From Phoronis australis (Eukaryota; Animalia; Phoronida): a stretch of 64,000 bases of DNA. The translations under genes and the position numbers were made by a program. The stretch is from positions 77,637 to 141,636 of the forward strand of contig NMRA01000700.1 of NCBI GenBank assembly GCA_002633005.1, in the 5' to 3' direction. Shown piece by piece: positions 49,252 through 61,700 of the stretch; within the stretch, counting starts at the first letter, position 1; the number at the start of each line of letters is the position of its first letter. Under the pieces are notes generated by a model that had not been told where the DNA came from, did no database searches, and saw nothing but the letters and a program-made list of their open reading frames with translations.

Positions 49252-51559
49252 TGTTTCGTACTCAAAGTTCCTCGAGAATGAAGATCATGTAATTTGCTAG
49301 GAATAAATGGCATGATGTAAAATTGGCCAATTTTAAGGACTAAAGTTTGAGATATCCTAAAAGGAAATAAGGTATAACATTCAATCCATAAATAGAAAAC
49401 AGTAACAATAACGGTTGCCCTGGTCAGAAAACAATAGGATAACAGAGGCTATCTCATAAATGTGAAATTAAATCACGTTTTTCACTATGGAATACGGAAA
49501 GTAGAGCCAATCCGTATACAGCGGTAAAAGCCGTATTCAACGGCAGAAGCCGTAAATCACGATTCGTGAACAGTCTCCTTGTCTAGTTAATTCGCGTGTG
49601 CAACGTCAACTTTGAGTGAGCTCGTTCATTTGGGATACTCAAATCATCAATCAAAGACTTCGTTCTTGAAAGAGAAGTTTTACTGCTCTAAAATAGAAAA
49701 AATCAAATACAAATTCTCATGCACGGTGATCGGGCGGGTATTTTGGGCCTCGCTGTCACCGTCATTTTCCAATGCTGTGACCAACACGGGGAAATGTTCC
49801 TAATACTATTTGCATTGCAGAGGCTAAGACACGAAAATAGAGCAAAAAAATAAGAAATTCATAGAAGGTAAAAACAACGCACTGCTGCACAACTATTCAG
49901 GGAATGTTTAAATTTGTACAGTATATTCCCGGTGGGATTTTTTCTAAGTTTGGCAGAAAGTTTTGATATTGGTAAATGGTTAAGTAATTCAACTACACAT
50001 ACTGAAAAATTTCATCAATTTATTATGAAGTAAAAAGTTACTGATAATTCAACACTTTCACAGACAGTATCGTCGTTTAACCGGCTCATGGGTACTTGAC
50101 ATACATATGACGTCATATGACAACAAGCCGTAGCACACGGCAACAATGTTGCCACGATGATCCAAAGAAGTCCCTACATATGGGATAAATGGGTTATCCT
50201 ATATACATAGGAGTACTACTGCAGTATCCTATCTCGAATTCATTCCCAGATGAAATGAGTTCACAACAGGATATGGCAGTAGTATTCCTATGTATGTGGG
50301 ATAACTTATATCTATAGAAACATCAACGGCAACATTGCGACCATCGTCGGTGTCAGCTACAACATTACCCAGACAGAAGATCTGTGCATGCCTGTTTCTC
50401 ATTTCGACCTTTCTGTAATCCACTTCTGTACAGATGCATGCGACATTTGGCTCCTTATATCGTGTATAAAGAAACACCTGGATTACCTGATTGCAGCTCA
50501 TGCCTACATCTGGCACAGATTATTATTAAGATTAGAATGGGAACAAAAGCCTGTCAATTAATGATTTCTCACCACTAGTCTCCTTTTTCAGTTGCCACTC
50601 ATTTACAAGTTAATTAGCGAAGGTTTCATTTAAATGTTGAAAGCATTTTCAGTGGGCTTATGAAATTTTCAAAAGGTTTACCATGTCAAATTGTGAGGTA
50701 GGCTTCAAAAAGAAATATGTATGTAAGATTAAGTTAAATTGGATGAACAACAGGTAAATGATTGATGAGAGTTATGTTGGTGACTTTATTTCTTATTCTT
50801 GTTCAACAATACTCTGATCGGACTTAGTAAAACGTCACACACTAAAACAGTGACCATTTTTTGCAAAAATTCAAAAAAGCGATCTTCTCCGAAGCTGCTA
50901 GTATACAAAATGATTAGAAACCAAAAAAATGTATAAGTAATGATTGTAGAAAATTCAGCTGTCTAAAGGGTGTTTTGAAGTGTTCACAAGAACACACCTG
51001 ATTCTCAGAGTGTTGGGCAAAGTACAATGTAAGTAGTAGTCAGGGCCGAATGAGCTGGACCACCAAAGTCAAACAGTGATATTTCTCTTCTGACCTGAAC
51101 AAATGACACTGGTTTAAGAGCCAGATCCAGCTCAGAAAGCCTGACCAGCGAACGTCGTTTGGTCTCAAAGTCCAAGTGCTGTTGGTGCCTAATTTCCGGT
51201 AAAATGATCCTTCTGCAACAGTGGTATTGCGTGAGCAATTGTGGTAGCTCCAACCAGCGGGATTTTTGTCTACCGAGGAGGACCCATCACTTGCAGCCAC
51301 AAAACCATCATCACCTGGCCCTCCATAACACTTAGAAGGTCCTTGAGATATTACAGAGCCGCAGTGAAAATAGACTTATTGCATCCTGTGATGGCACGGA
51401 GACCTATATTTTTGTATTCTCTATAACCTTTTGACTTGTTTCTGGCTGAAGTTGATCAAAGGTAGAGCATAATTGACAATTGAATGAACGATGGGCCCTT
51501 AGGTAGAAAACGCCGGTATTCAATTTCTATGCCATGAAGAGTAAGACATGCTTTCCGCG

Positions 51560-51735
51560 TAAATGCTTTCCTAGCTTTCTCAAACGTGAATTTTTCAATG
51601 AAAGCCTTAAAGTCTATGTCTTGGGCCAACTTGCTTTCAACTGAAAGTATTGTCAGATTTGATCACCGCGCTTGGGCCACTGTAGATTTCAAATTCCGTT
51701 TAATGAATATTAGCTTAGAAAAGCATTTTTTGATG
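51560..51735 (-). pseudogene. hAT transposase C-terminal dimerisation-domain remnant
   Basis: CFSKLIFIKRNLKSTVAQAR*SNLTILSVESKLAQDIDFKAFIEKFTFEKARK matches the hAT-C pattern SFSKLKLIKNxLRSTMxQxRLxxLAILSIE; in-frame stop. Confidence 0.8.
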
Positions 51736-53289
51736 GGAGGCCACAGATACATAAATTCTGAAAACAACTTTCAGGATTTGACTAAGTTTGAGGGTGACTT
51801 CTGAAACTCCCGTTCGCGAATAAATTTAAGTTCGACCAGTGAAGTCCATTTCTTGACGATCAGCGCTTAAATGGTCCTATCGCAAAGTCATCCCACTTGC
51901 AAAATGTCGACAAGTAAAAATAAGTTTTACCCGGCAACCTATTGTTCGTCGGGTAAAATTGCGGTTTGGAAAGGAAAGTGTGTCAAGAATACTGGGTATT
52001 GATTTGTGATATAATTTGCCACTCAAAATCCTTACAATACACCTGAAGGTCAATTCCAACGGCTTCCAAGTGCCTTCACAATCTCTGCTATCTGTTGGGA
52101 TGTACATGTACAACTTTCGTCATAAATACCAGCACGTTATATCGCTTTTTGTAATCTTCGATGAGTTGACCAAGTTAGTGGCTAGTAAGATTACGTCCAA
52201 AAACCGACGATTTGTAGCATTGTTTGCGACCTGAAATTCAACTCAATTGGTTAACTGTTCAAGCATTCGGGCATTCCTCATTTACATGTACTTTGGTCTG
52301 TCAAAGATAGATCTGGATATGATGACTTTTCGCCAGCCATTATATTTATATCCAAAGGAGCTTATACACTTCAATACCATGCACTTGGACTTCTGGCCTG
52401 CCTGTTCGATTTTGCCACGTTCCTGTTATAGGCCATGGGACGTAGGCCACAGGAGGAGGCCTAGAAAACCACATCTGTGACCATTTTAGGGGAGCAATTT
52501 AATTCAGGTGATTTTGATGTCACAAATCATTGTCTTTATGAATAAAAAAAATCCCACGTTTAAACTTGCACATTTTTGTAAAATTTGGTGTTAAAATTCT
52601 GTCGATAAAACAAATTTTACATGGAATTAAAAAAAGTTAAAAAAGAAGAAAATTAAGTGTCCATAAAGGATGATACTGCAGATCATACTTCTACAGGCTG
52701 TATTAAGTCATAATGAACACAAACTTTGATGTACTTTGCAATTAAAACGTAAAATTATGGAAGAATTATGAATTAATGGGTGCCACCTGTTGATGAAATA
52801 TGCAACTATCATTCATTGTGTTTTATGCTGATTTTACTGTTAATGAAACTATAATTATCAAACTGACTATGCCTCACCTTTATTTTATCACACATTTACT
52901 AATCTGTCATACAAAAACAATCACTGCTACAAGTTCAAAAGCATGCACTTATTCACAAAATGGTGACAAAAAGTGTAGAATAGCAACAAATGCAATATGG
53001 TGAAGTGCAAAATGCCGAGAAACTAAGAAGATAAAAAGCCATTACTAGGGATGTAAATATGAAAATAGAAAAATGTTTCACAAATCGCCAGGCTCACTGG
53101 GCCAGTTATTATCCTGGTTTCTGTCCCTTGATGAGATGTCTATCCAAGTTCCTCCGGTTGGGATGCAAGTCCATCACACTGTTACTCATCACTGACTCAA
53201 TTTCATCACTAACTTTGACATTCCCACAGTTTTGGCACTTGCACATTTCAGTGCATTTTAGTCCAACATTTACAAAAAGAACAACTTTT

Positions 53290-53690
53290 GTTTAAAAACA
53301 ATTCACTCTGATTCTGTTTTGGACCAAGGAATTGTAAAATACATGTACGGTAAATTTCATTTTCAGATTTCTAGTTCGAACACATACATTACAACCTCTT
53401 TTGGATAATGTTTCCTCGGGGAGTGACTTTAAAACAGTCAAATGCAATATTTCCCCACGCGAGATTATTTGTTGCTCCACAACTTCAAAGCAAAACTGTT
53501 GCAATACATCTGTGAAAATTTCACTATCGTTAGATATCTGTTTTGTCAGTAGTCTTGTGAAGTTTTTGTAGCAAGAACGATAGTATTTGACTTCGAGTGC
53601 TACCAAATCTCTTCCTTGTACTCTGATCAAAAGGTCCATGCCATTTCCTGCCTTAGCAGCATCCAAAAGCAACACACCTACAACCAAGCA
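53290..53690 (-). pseudogene. Academ-type transposase N-terminal fragment
   Basis: DLLIRVQGRDLVALEVKYYRSCYKNF resembles the DLxAxEAKYHxxCY motif of Academ-associated proteins (recalled family knowledge). Confidence 0.6.
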
Positions 53691-54538
53691 CATTAAAAAC
53701 CGATGTCAGAGTTTTAAAATATGAAAAGCACTGTAAGCCTGTCCTACAAAATGATAGATGTTGACATGTACTCAATTCTTTATTACAAGAACTGAATGGA
53801 AGTACAAAGAATGATCAAAAGACATAACACTCAAAATAAGACATGCATATACACGGCCTAGCGTGTTGTGCTCAAACGTGAAAAAGATACCCATGGGTTT
53901 GTATGAAAAATGGTCTTGAATACAAATTTTTGTTTCAAAATTATTATACAATTTCAGATATGCACACAAGACTTTACAATATTGCAAGTATTCTAAATTG
54001 TACTTTCACTCAAATAAATTTTGTTTTCAAAAACATATAAAAGTAGAACTTTTGAAGATAGCGTTCTAACAACACTGCATAAATTACTTTGAAAGCAAAC
54101 CAACAACAACCTATGTTGAATGAGTAAAAACTAAATAAAAATGACTGTTCTCAAAACGTTTGCTATGTGCTTTGTTATTCTTCAACCATATGTGTGAAGC
54201 TGCACTTTCATCTGAAATTGGGCCCAGAGTGTAATCTCCAAACTCAGGTTCAAAGCCTAACTATCCACAGTGCAGAATTCAAGTGAATTTACCAGAATTG
54301 TGGCATGCAATTGGTCAGTTTTCGAGCTGAGCTTCGAGTATGGAGATTACCTTTCTCCCACCCCTGGACATTACAAAAAATAATTTTGATAGATATCTTA
54401 CACCGTGCCCAGAGTTATTGTTACTGAGAAAATAACAATGTACACTGAAGAAAATGGTAACCATGTTACTGGATTATGTGTCATACCTGCATTTGAATGC
54501 CATCACACGGGCCGACTCAATTTCTGAAACGACTGTTA

Positions 54539-57500
54539 TAGTCCGGAAGCCAAATGCTGTTTTCTTACTTAACCCGGATTAGCAGGATAGAGTTTTTTTC
54601 TTTGCTGTTTCATGTAGCCTAGGCATAGTTAATCATGATTTGGAGGTGACCGTTCGCAACGCTTGAGCATTTTCTAAAATATGCAAATTAAGGTCGCCAT
54701 TATGGAAAATTCTAATTTTGCTTATAATTTCCTTACAAAGCACTGCATCCAGATAATTTTGACCTTTTTATCCATGTTTTCGTGGTCAGCAAAGTTAATA
54801 GCGCAAAATTGTTGTGAGTTTCCTTTGCCAATTTGCATAATTTATGCAAATTAAGGCCGTTCTTATGCAAAATTCTATTTTTGCTTATAATTTCCTTACT
54901 AAGCACTGCAGGCAGGTTATTTCGATGCTTTCACCCATGTTTCCATGGTCAATGAATTTAAAAGTGAAAGTTTTTGGGTGGATACATCCTCACTTTGCAT
55001 AATTTATGCAAGTTAAGGCCGCCATTATTCAAAATTTCAATTGTTCTAATAGCCATGGTACCAATCATCACAGGTGAATTATCTTGATATTTGCATCTAT
55101 GTTTCTATGGTCAATTAGTTTAATGAAATCAGGTAGCATGTTGTTGTATGATGAATTTGCATAATTAATGCAAATTAAGGCCACTATTATTCAAAATTAT
55201 ATTTTGGTTACAACGTCCTTACCAATCACTTCATACAGGTTCCTTTTATGATTTCATCTGTGCTTTCATGGTCAGTGATTGCAATGGACCTCGTTTGCTG
55301 GTGGATACATCGTGAATTTGCATAATGTATGCAAAGTAAAGCCGCCATTATTCAAAATTCTACTTTTTGTTACAGTTGAAGTACAAGCACTCCAAGAAAT
55401 TTATTTTAACGTATTTACCCAATGTTTCTGTGAACTCAGTTGGGAAATTATTACATGATGAATTTTCATAATTTATACAAATAAAGGAGACCTAGTATTC
55501 CAAATACTGTTTGTGTTCATAATTTCCTTGCCGGCATTACATGTAAATTATTTTCAAATTTATCTTATGTTTTCATGAATTTGCATAATTGATAATTTAC
55601 AAAAATTACAGCTGTCATATTCAAAATTCTACTTGTGCTTATAACTGCTGCATCAGACACCAGAGGATAGGTATAAATAGTTGCACCCATCAGTGTTACA
55701 GTGGTCAATGAATTTAACGAAATCTGTTTGCATGTTCTAGGATGATAAATTTGCAGAATGTCCTTTTTGATGATGAAGTACGAAACTATTTGCTGTAGTG
55801 TGTGTTCTGCAGTTTGAGACCTCAAGTTCCACAAAAGACATTGCCTATTGCTCTGCGCTACCACAGACAATAGAAAAACACAGAGTAGTTTAATGACTGG
55901 AATGGGGCTCGGAGTAATCAGTTTATAGGGACAACATTATTTCATGAGGTACGAAAACAGTAGTGAGGGAATAGTAGGAAATTGCCCTGAAACCTAGAGC
56001 TTTGGTCCCAAGTTGCCATTTGTCCTACAAGATTGAAACAGATTTTGGAGAGACGGAGAGCAGTCAACATTAGATCTTGTACTAAAATCTATCGCACGCA
56101 AGAAAGTAAGGGACGTCTTGATGTACATGGCTAGGATGTTGCACGAAACTCGAAAGTAAATACCAGCATCGATCTATTGGATCCCAATGTCCATCCCAAA
56201 GACGCAATAGTGAACATTAGCAGTGACAGGATTGCTACTCCAACAGTTAATGTACAGGAAACAAGCATTGGACAGGCAATGTTACCAGACTTCGAGAAAG
56301 GCTAGTAGTACCTTGGGAGCACAAGTAGATAATCACTGATGGAGACCCTTGTCTTTAACACAGTACAAGGACTTTGGAGATATCCCACGAAGAAGCTAAC
56401 TCCATAATCGTGCAACAGGACGTGAAAAGTGCATATTAACGTAAGAAATTTTAGTTTTTTTCGGAGGACAAACATGTATTTGTTCTCTGTCTGCATTACT
56501 AAGACAAGAAACCGTGAGATTAAAATACTACAACCATGAAATCACCTAGTAAACGTAGGACAGTCGTAGACATAAAGTTAACACTAAAATATGTAGCCAT
56601 ATTGTGAAGGTATTCTCCCTGCCCATGTGCTGTAGGGGTGTAACACAGTGGCTTGCTACTATGGGGTTCGAAAGGGATCCAACGTTAAACTATTGAAGGC
56701 TAGACAAGACCTGTCTAATATCGGCACTTTTGGTGCACATTTTTCTGACATGAAACAGGCAACTAAATATATGTGTGCCTGTTATGGAATGAAGAGAATC
56801 AAGGAAGATATCAGGAACCAGGCTACTGGTATGAGGAAGAGAAATGGCAAGAAATTTATGGCCGTCCCCAAACTGTCACCGACAACAGAGGCATTCAATG
56901 AGAGTCATGTGGTGGAATGGCACCAGCACTAGATCCAGAGGGCTATGGATGGAAGAAAGATGCCATAAATAAATTACTCTAACCATATATAATAATATTT
57001 TGCATGGTGTACAACTCGCTCCTGTTGTATACTAGTGATGATTAGGTGTGGCTGCAAAGGTCAGATTACAAGAAATTCAAGTAGATACAATCAATAGATC
57101 AATTTTCTACGCCACACAATATTTTGATCACGTTATACAGTAGTGTGCTCAAGTTTCGAGCATTAAAAACTTCTTGTGACTGGTCTCTATTCGATAGGTT
57201 ATTGTCCTGGGTCTATGGCATTAAACACTTTGGTCATCTACTATATATACCCTGGGTATCAGACAAAACTAGAATTTGTAATGTTGTGTAATAAATTACA
57301 GATCTTTTAGGATGTAATGACAGATTACATAAAATTCATAAGTAAAAATACGAAAATAATCTACATGTAGTGCCCCCGTAAGAAAGTTACGGGCAGAAAT
57401 AGAGTTTTTGATAATGGCCCCGTTATTTTCATAAAGTATGCTAATTTTTCGTGCAATTTGCAAAATGATGTCATTAACCTAATTAACCATAGGAACATAG

Positions 57501-58250
57501 GTTCAAATATCATGAGAGTTTACCTGTGGTGCTTGGTACCGCAGCTATAAGCGCAAGAACATTTTTGAATAGTGGCGCCCTTAATTTGCAATAGTTAAGC
57601 AAATTTGCATTCATTATGCAAATTTATCGTGCAACAATATGCAAACCGACTTCATTTAACTAGTTGACCAAAAGAATATAGGTGCAAATATCGTGATAGT
57701 TTATCTGTGGTGCCTGGTACAGTAGCTGTAAGCAGAAGAAGAAGAAGAAGATTGAATAATGGCGGTCTTAGTTTGCATCAGCTAAACAAATTGCATTTTT
57801 TATGCAAATTTGTCATGCAACAACATGCAAACGATTTCATTAAACTAATTGAGCAAAAGAATATAAGTGTAATTATCACGACAGTTAATCTGAGGTGCCT
57901 GGTACATTAGCTATAAGCACAAGAAGTTTTTTGAATAATGGCGACCTTAATTTGCATAAATTATGCAAATTGAAAATGTATTCACCAAAACACTTCCACT
58001 ATTAAATTCCTTGACCATGGAAATATCGGTAAAAACGTCAAAATTATCTGGCTGCAGTGATTGGTAAGGAAATTATGTGCAAAAATAGAATTTTGCATAA
58101 TGACCACCTTAATTTGCATATTTAAAAAAATACTCAATGGTTGCGAACGGTCACCCTCCTAAATCATGGTTACTTAACCCTAAGCTATATGAAACAGCAA
58201 AGGAAAAAATATCCGCCTAAACCAGGTTAAGTCCCTTGGCTCCCGGACTA
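54539..58250 (+). mobile_element. Academ DNA transposon, internally deleted, with long repetitive TIRs and TTA target-site duplication
   Basis: tta|TAGTCCGG...CCGGACTA|tta. Inverted arms of ~1 kb are made of ~170-bp units with AATTTGCATAATTTATGCAAATT. Decayed transposase motifs: HVL*GCNTVACYYGVRKG, LSPTTEAF, LDPEGYGWK, MIRCGCKG. Confidence 0.85.
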
Positions 58251-60515
58251 TTAAGCCTTTGAATTACATGTATAAGTATTCTTGGGTATCATTGACTTGG
58301 CGATATACCTCGCTTCATATGTATATGTACCATTAAAAGCCGAAGTTACTTATGGCAATGCGCAGAGGTTCTACAGAATCTCTTACTTGAAATTCTGATC
58401 TTGATCACACAAAATTTCTAGGAATACAAGAACCTCTTCGTATTTGTCCATGACCACTCTGACGGCCAACGCAGGAGCGCTTCACCTTTCAGTTACTACA
58501 CATTGAGCAGATGCTTCAGTGTACTGTCGAAGAATGTCCCACCAGTAAGTAAATAAGAAGGAAATTGGATAAAGTCTCTCCGAACAATGACACGCATAAT
58601 GCACTTACAACAAATGAGTGTTGTCCAGATAAGCATAATGACTGATCATTATAGCCATTAAAGTAGCGCTTATTACCTGCGTTTCAGTCGAGCATATACT
58701 CCCTCGTATACTCCTGCCATAGTTGCGACGCTATGAATTGTTAATTCATCGGCTGTCGTACGATATCACCGCCAAAAACCCAAGAATTCTTCTGCATTGC
58801 ATGTGTTCCGACATTTAGTCTATGTGGAATTCGTCTAGCGTGCTGTCAAACGTCATTCTGTAGTGTTTGACTGACGTAATTTCGTTTTTCCCGATCATTA
58901 TCCACTAGCACATGAATAATTCCGTTCCGTTTCTAAGGAGATGGATAACATCTTACCACAGGTTGTTCGAATCTCACCAAATGCTCTTTCAAGACAGGGT
59001 CACGCATAGATGGGTCGTACTCATGGAGGCCTCGAAATGGTAAGTTTTGCTTCGCCAAAAGCAAAGTTATATCTCACGGCCTCTGCAATGTATCTAGCCG
59101 TTCTTTCTTTGCTTTGTCGGCCGCTGCGACCGATTCGTTGTCGATTGCAATTCTCTGTTGTTTAAAGGCCACCTGAAATCGCAGCAATTATTTCAGTCGC
59201 ACCATTTTAAAGAAAGTGTATCTACAGCCGTACTTTTTAACTTTTCTCATTCACAATATGTTCACAAATAAAACTAAACCTACGAGTAATGCCTACCAAG
59301 AAGCTTCCACCGAACCTGGCATATCACAAGATTCTTATTTCTAGATGTACATGTACGTGTAAACAGACAGAGGCTGCAATCTGAATGTACAAGACCAGCT
59401 AGGATAAGTGGAACTGCCAGTTTCAAAAAACTGCTTCGACAGTACCCTATGTCAAACGATAAGAAATAAACACCTCATAAAGGTTCATGTATTCTGCACT
59501 TGTGGCTAGATCTCACAGGGCAAGGTTCCAGTGTGGTGACCGTACATAGTAACAAGAATGACATCACAATCTACCAGTAAACTGACAATAACAAATTATA
59601 TCGTGTCCAAGTTAACGTGTCATTAGCGCCAGATTGTAAATGGGGAATTAGAAAGAAATTGAAATGTCCGCTGTCAGTTACAACAAGATATTAATTAACA
59701 GTGGCGGTGACAGATTTAGGAACCAGCAGAAGATTTAGAAAGCTGTCCGTATGTAGTGCAGGTGTTACAGCGGTATAAATGGACAGCTTTCTACATGCAT
59801 ACGTTTACACAGGAGATCACACTGTTACGCCGGAAAACGTGTCAAGATGAAGAACAAGCACGCACGAATGTTTGGCTTGGGTAATAGTATTGTAGCCTAA
59901 ATTTCACCGATGTTCTTAATCAGTACTGTCCCAATTTTTGATGATATAAATACATCGAAAACGACCACTTATCATAGCTCATTGACAACTGCTGCTGCTA
60001 TTGTCTATATCATCGATGATGCTAAAGTGACATAACCGTTTCTTATCTACGTCCAAACACGTGCCTTTCATTGAAAAGTGGTCATTTTTAATCTGTCTGC
60101 AAGATTTTCACTGCGATCGATGCGGGTGTTTTTACCAGAATTAAGAATGGTTTTCAAATGCCGCATAACTTATCGAGTGGGGTTTAATTCCACCAGATCA
60201 TTGCAATGTTAGACTACAATCCGCTGACGGCTCGAATCATCGCTGAGAATGATTTCACTAAAGTTGTGTTACCGTAACCTCGGCGGTAAGTGCAAAAATA
60301 TTTGCTCAGTCATCATTCGGACAAATGTCACTTAGGATACAAAAACATGTACAACAAAAAGCAGAAAATTGCATATTCGTAATTAATCTGACAAAAAATC
60401 GTATGCACAGAAAAATGTAGCACGCTCGGCGAAAATTTGTGATTTAGGCCTATTTACGAAAATACAGTCACGTGTCTGCACGTATGTCTGTCTGTTCGTA
60501 ACATGTTCTATGTGA

Positions 60516-61700
60516 TCTTCTTCTTCTCTTCTAGGTGTTGTCCATCCACTGCAGGATGTAGCCTTCCGACAATGCCTTCCAACTTGTTCTGTATCTTGCG
60601 GCTCTGATCCATGTTGTGCCTAGCGTTTTCACGATGTCATGTCTCCACCTGGCTTGGGACCATCCTCTTGATCTCTTTACATATCTGGGTTGCCACTCTG
60701 TGCATCTTTTTGTCCATCTGTTGTCCTGTGCTATGACCGCGTGTCCGCCCCACCTCCATTTCAATTTCAGAATTGTATTGATTATGTCCATGACTCTTGT
60801 TTGTTCTCTTATCTCTGTGTGTGGAATCCTGTCTAGTAATTTTATTCCAAGCATTTTTCTCTCCATTGCTCTATGTGTTGTTCTTAGCTTGACAAGTGTC
60901 TGTTTTGTTAAGGTCCATGTTTGGCATCCATAGGTGATTGTGGGGATGATGCACTGGTCAAATACTTTTCTTTTCAAGGATATGGGTATGTTCTTATCTT
61001 GGAATATTTCTCTGTTTTTTCCAAAGCAATTCCATCCAGCTCTTATTTAGACTTGTATTTCATTGGTCATACGGTTCCCGAATTTGTACAGTTTGTCCCA
61101 GGTATTTATATTGTGTGACTTTTTCAATGATCTTGTCCTCCACCATTACGTGTTCATCTGTTTCAAAATTTGACATGTACTTTGTCTTGTCTTGTCCTTG
61201 TGTATCTTTAATCCCACATTGTTGCTTTCTTTCAGTATATTTAAATTTGTGTTATGTCTTCTGTGCACAAAGCAACATCATCTGCAAATCTTAGGTCTGT
61301 TAGATGTTCTCCGTCTATGTTCACTCCCCTTTGAAGGTCTGAAGATTTGAAGATTTATTCCATTGTCAGTGTAAACAGTTTAGGTGAAATTGGGTCTCCC
61401 TGTCGAACTCTTCTGTCTATGTTGAATCTTTCAGCGACGTGGTTGTCGATGTGTATTCTGGCGATGGCATCTCTCTATATATATATTGCAGCAGTTTTAA
61501 ATATGTTTCACTGATGTTGATGTTTTTTAGGGATTCAATGATGCAAAAATTTTCAATTGTATCAAAAGGTTTTTCATAGTCTATGAAACCAACACACAGT
61601 GGCAGGTTAAATTCGTTACATTTTTCAATTGTTTGTCCAAGGGCTTGCAGATGGTCTGTTGTTGAGTAGCTCTTTCTAAACCCTGCTTGTGGGATCACTC
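60516..61700 (-). mobile_element. 5'-truncated RTE-clade LINE (pseudogenised RT) with (GAA)n tail
   Basis: QAGFRKSYSTTDHL, FIDYEKPFD, RQGDPISPKLF, LRFADD, KRKVFDQCIIPTITYGCQTW, LKWRWGGH, WQPR. AGAAG repeats follow the stop. Confidence 0.92.
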
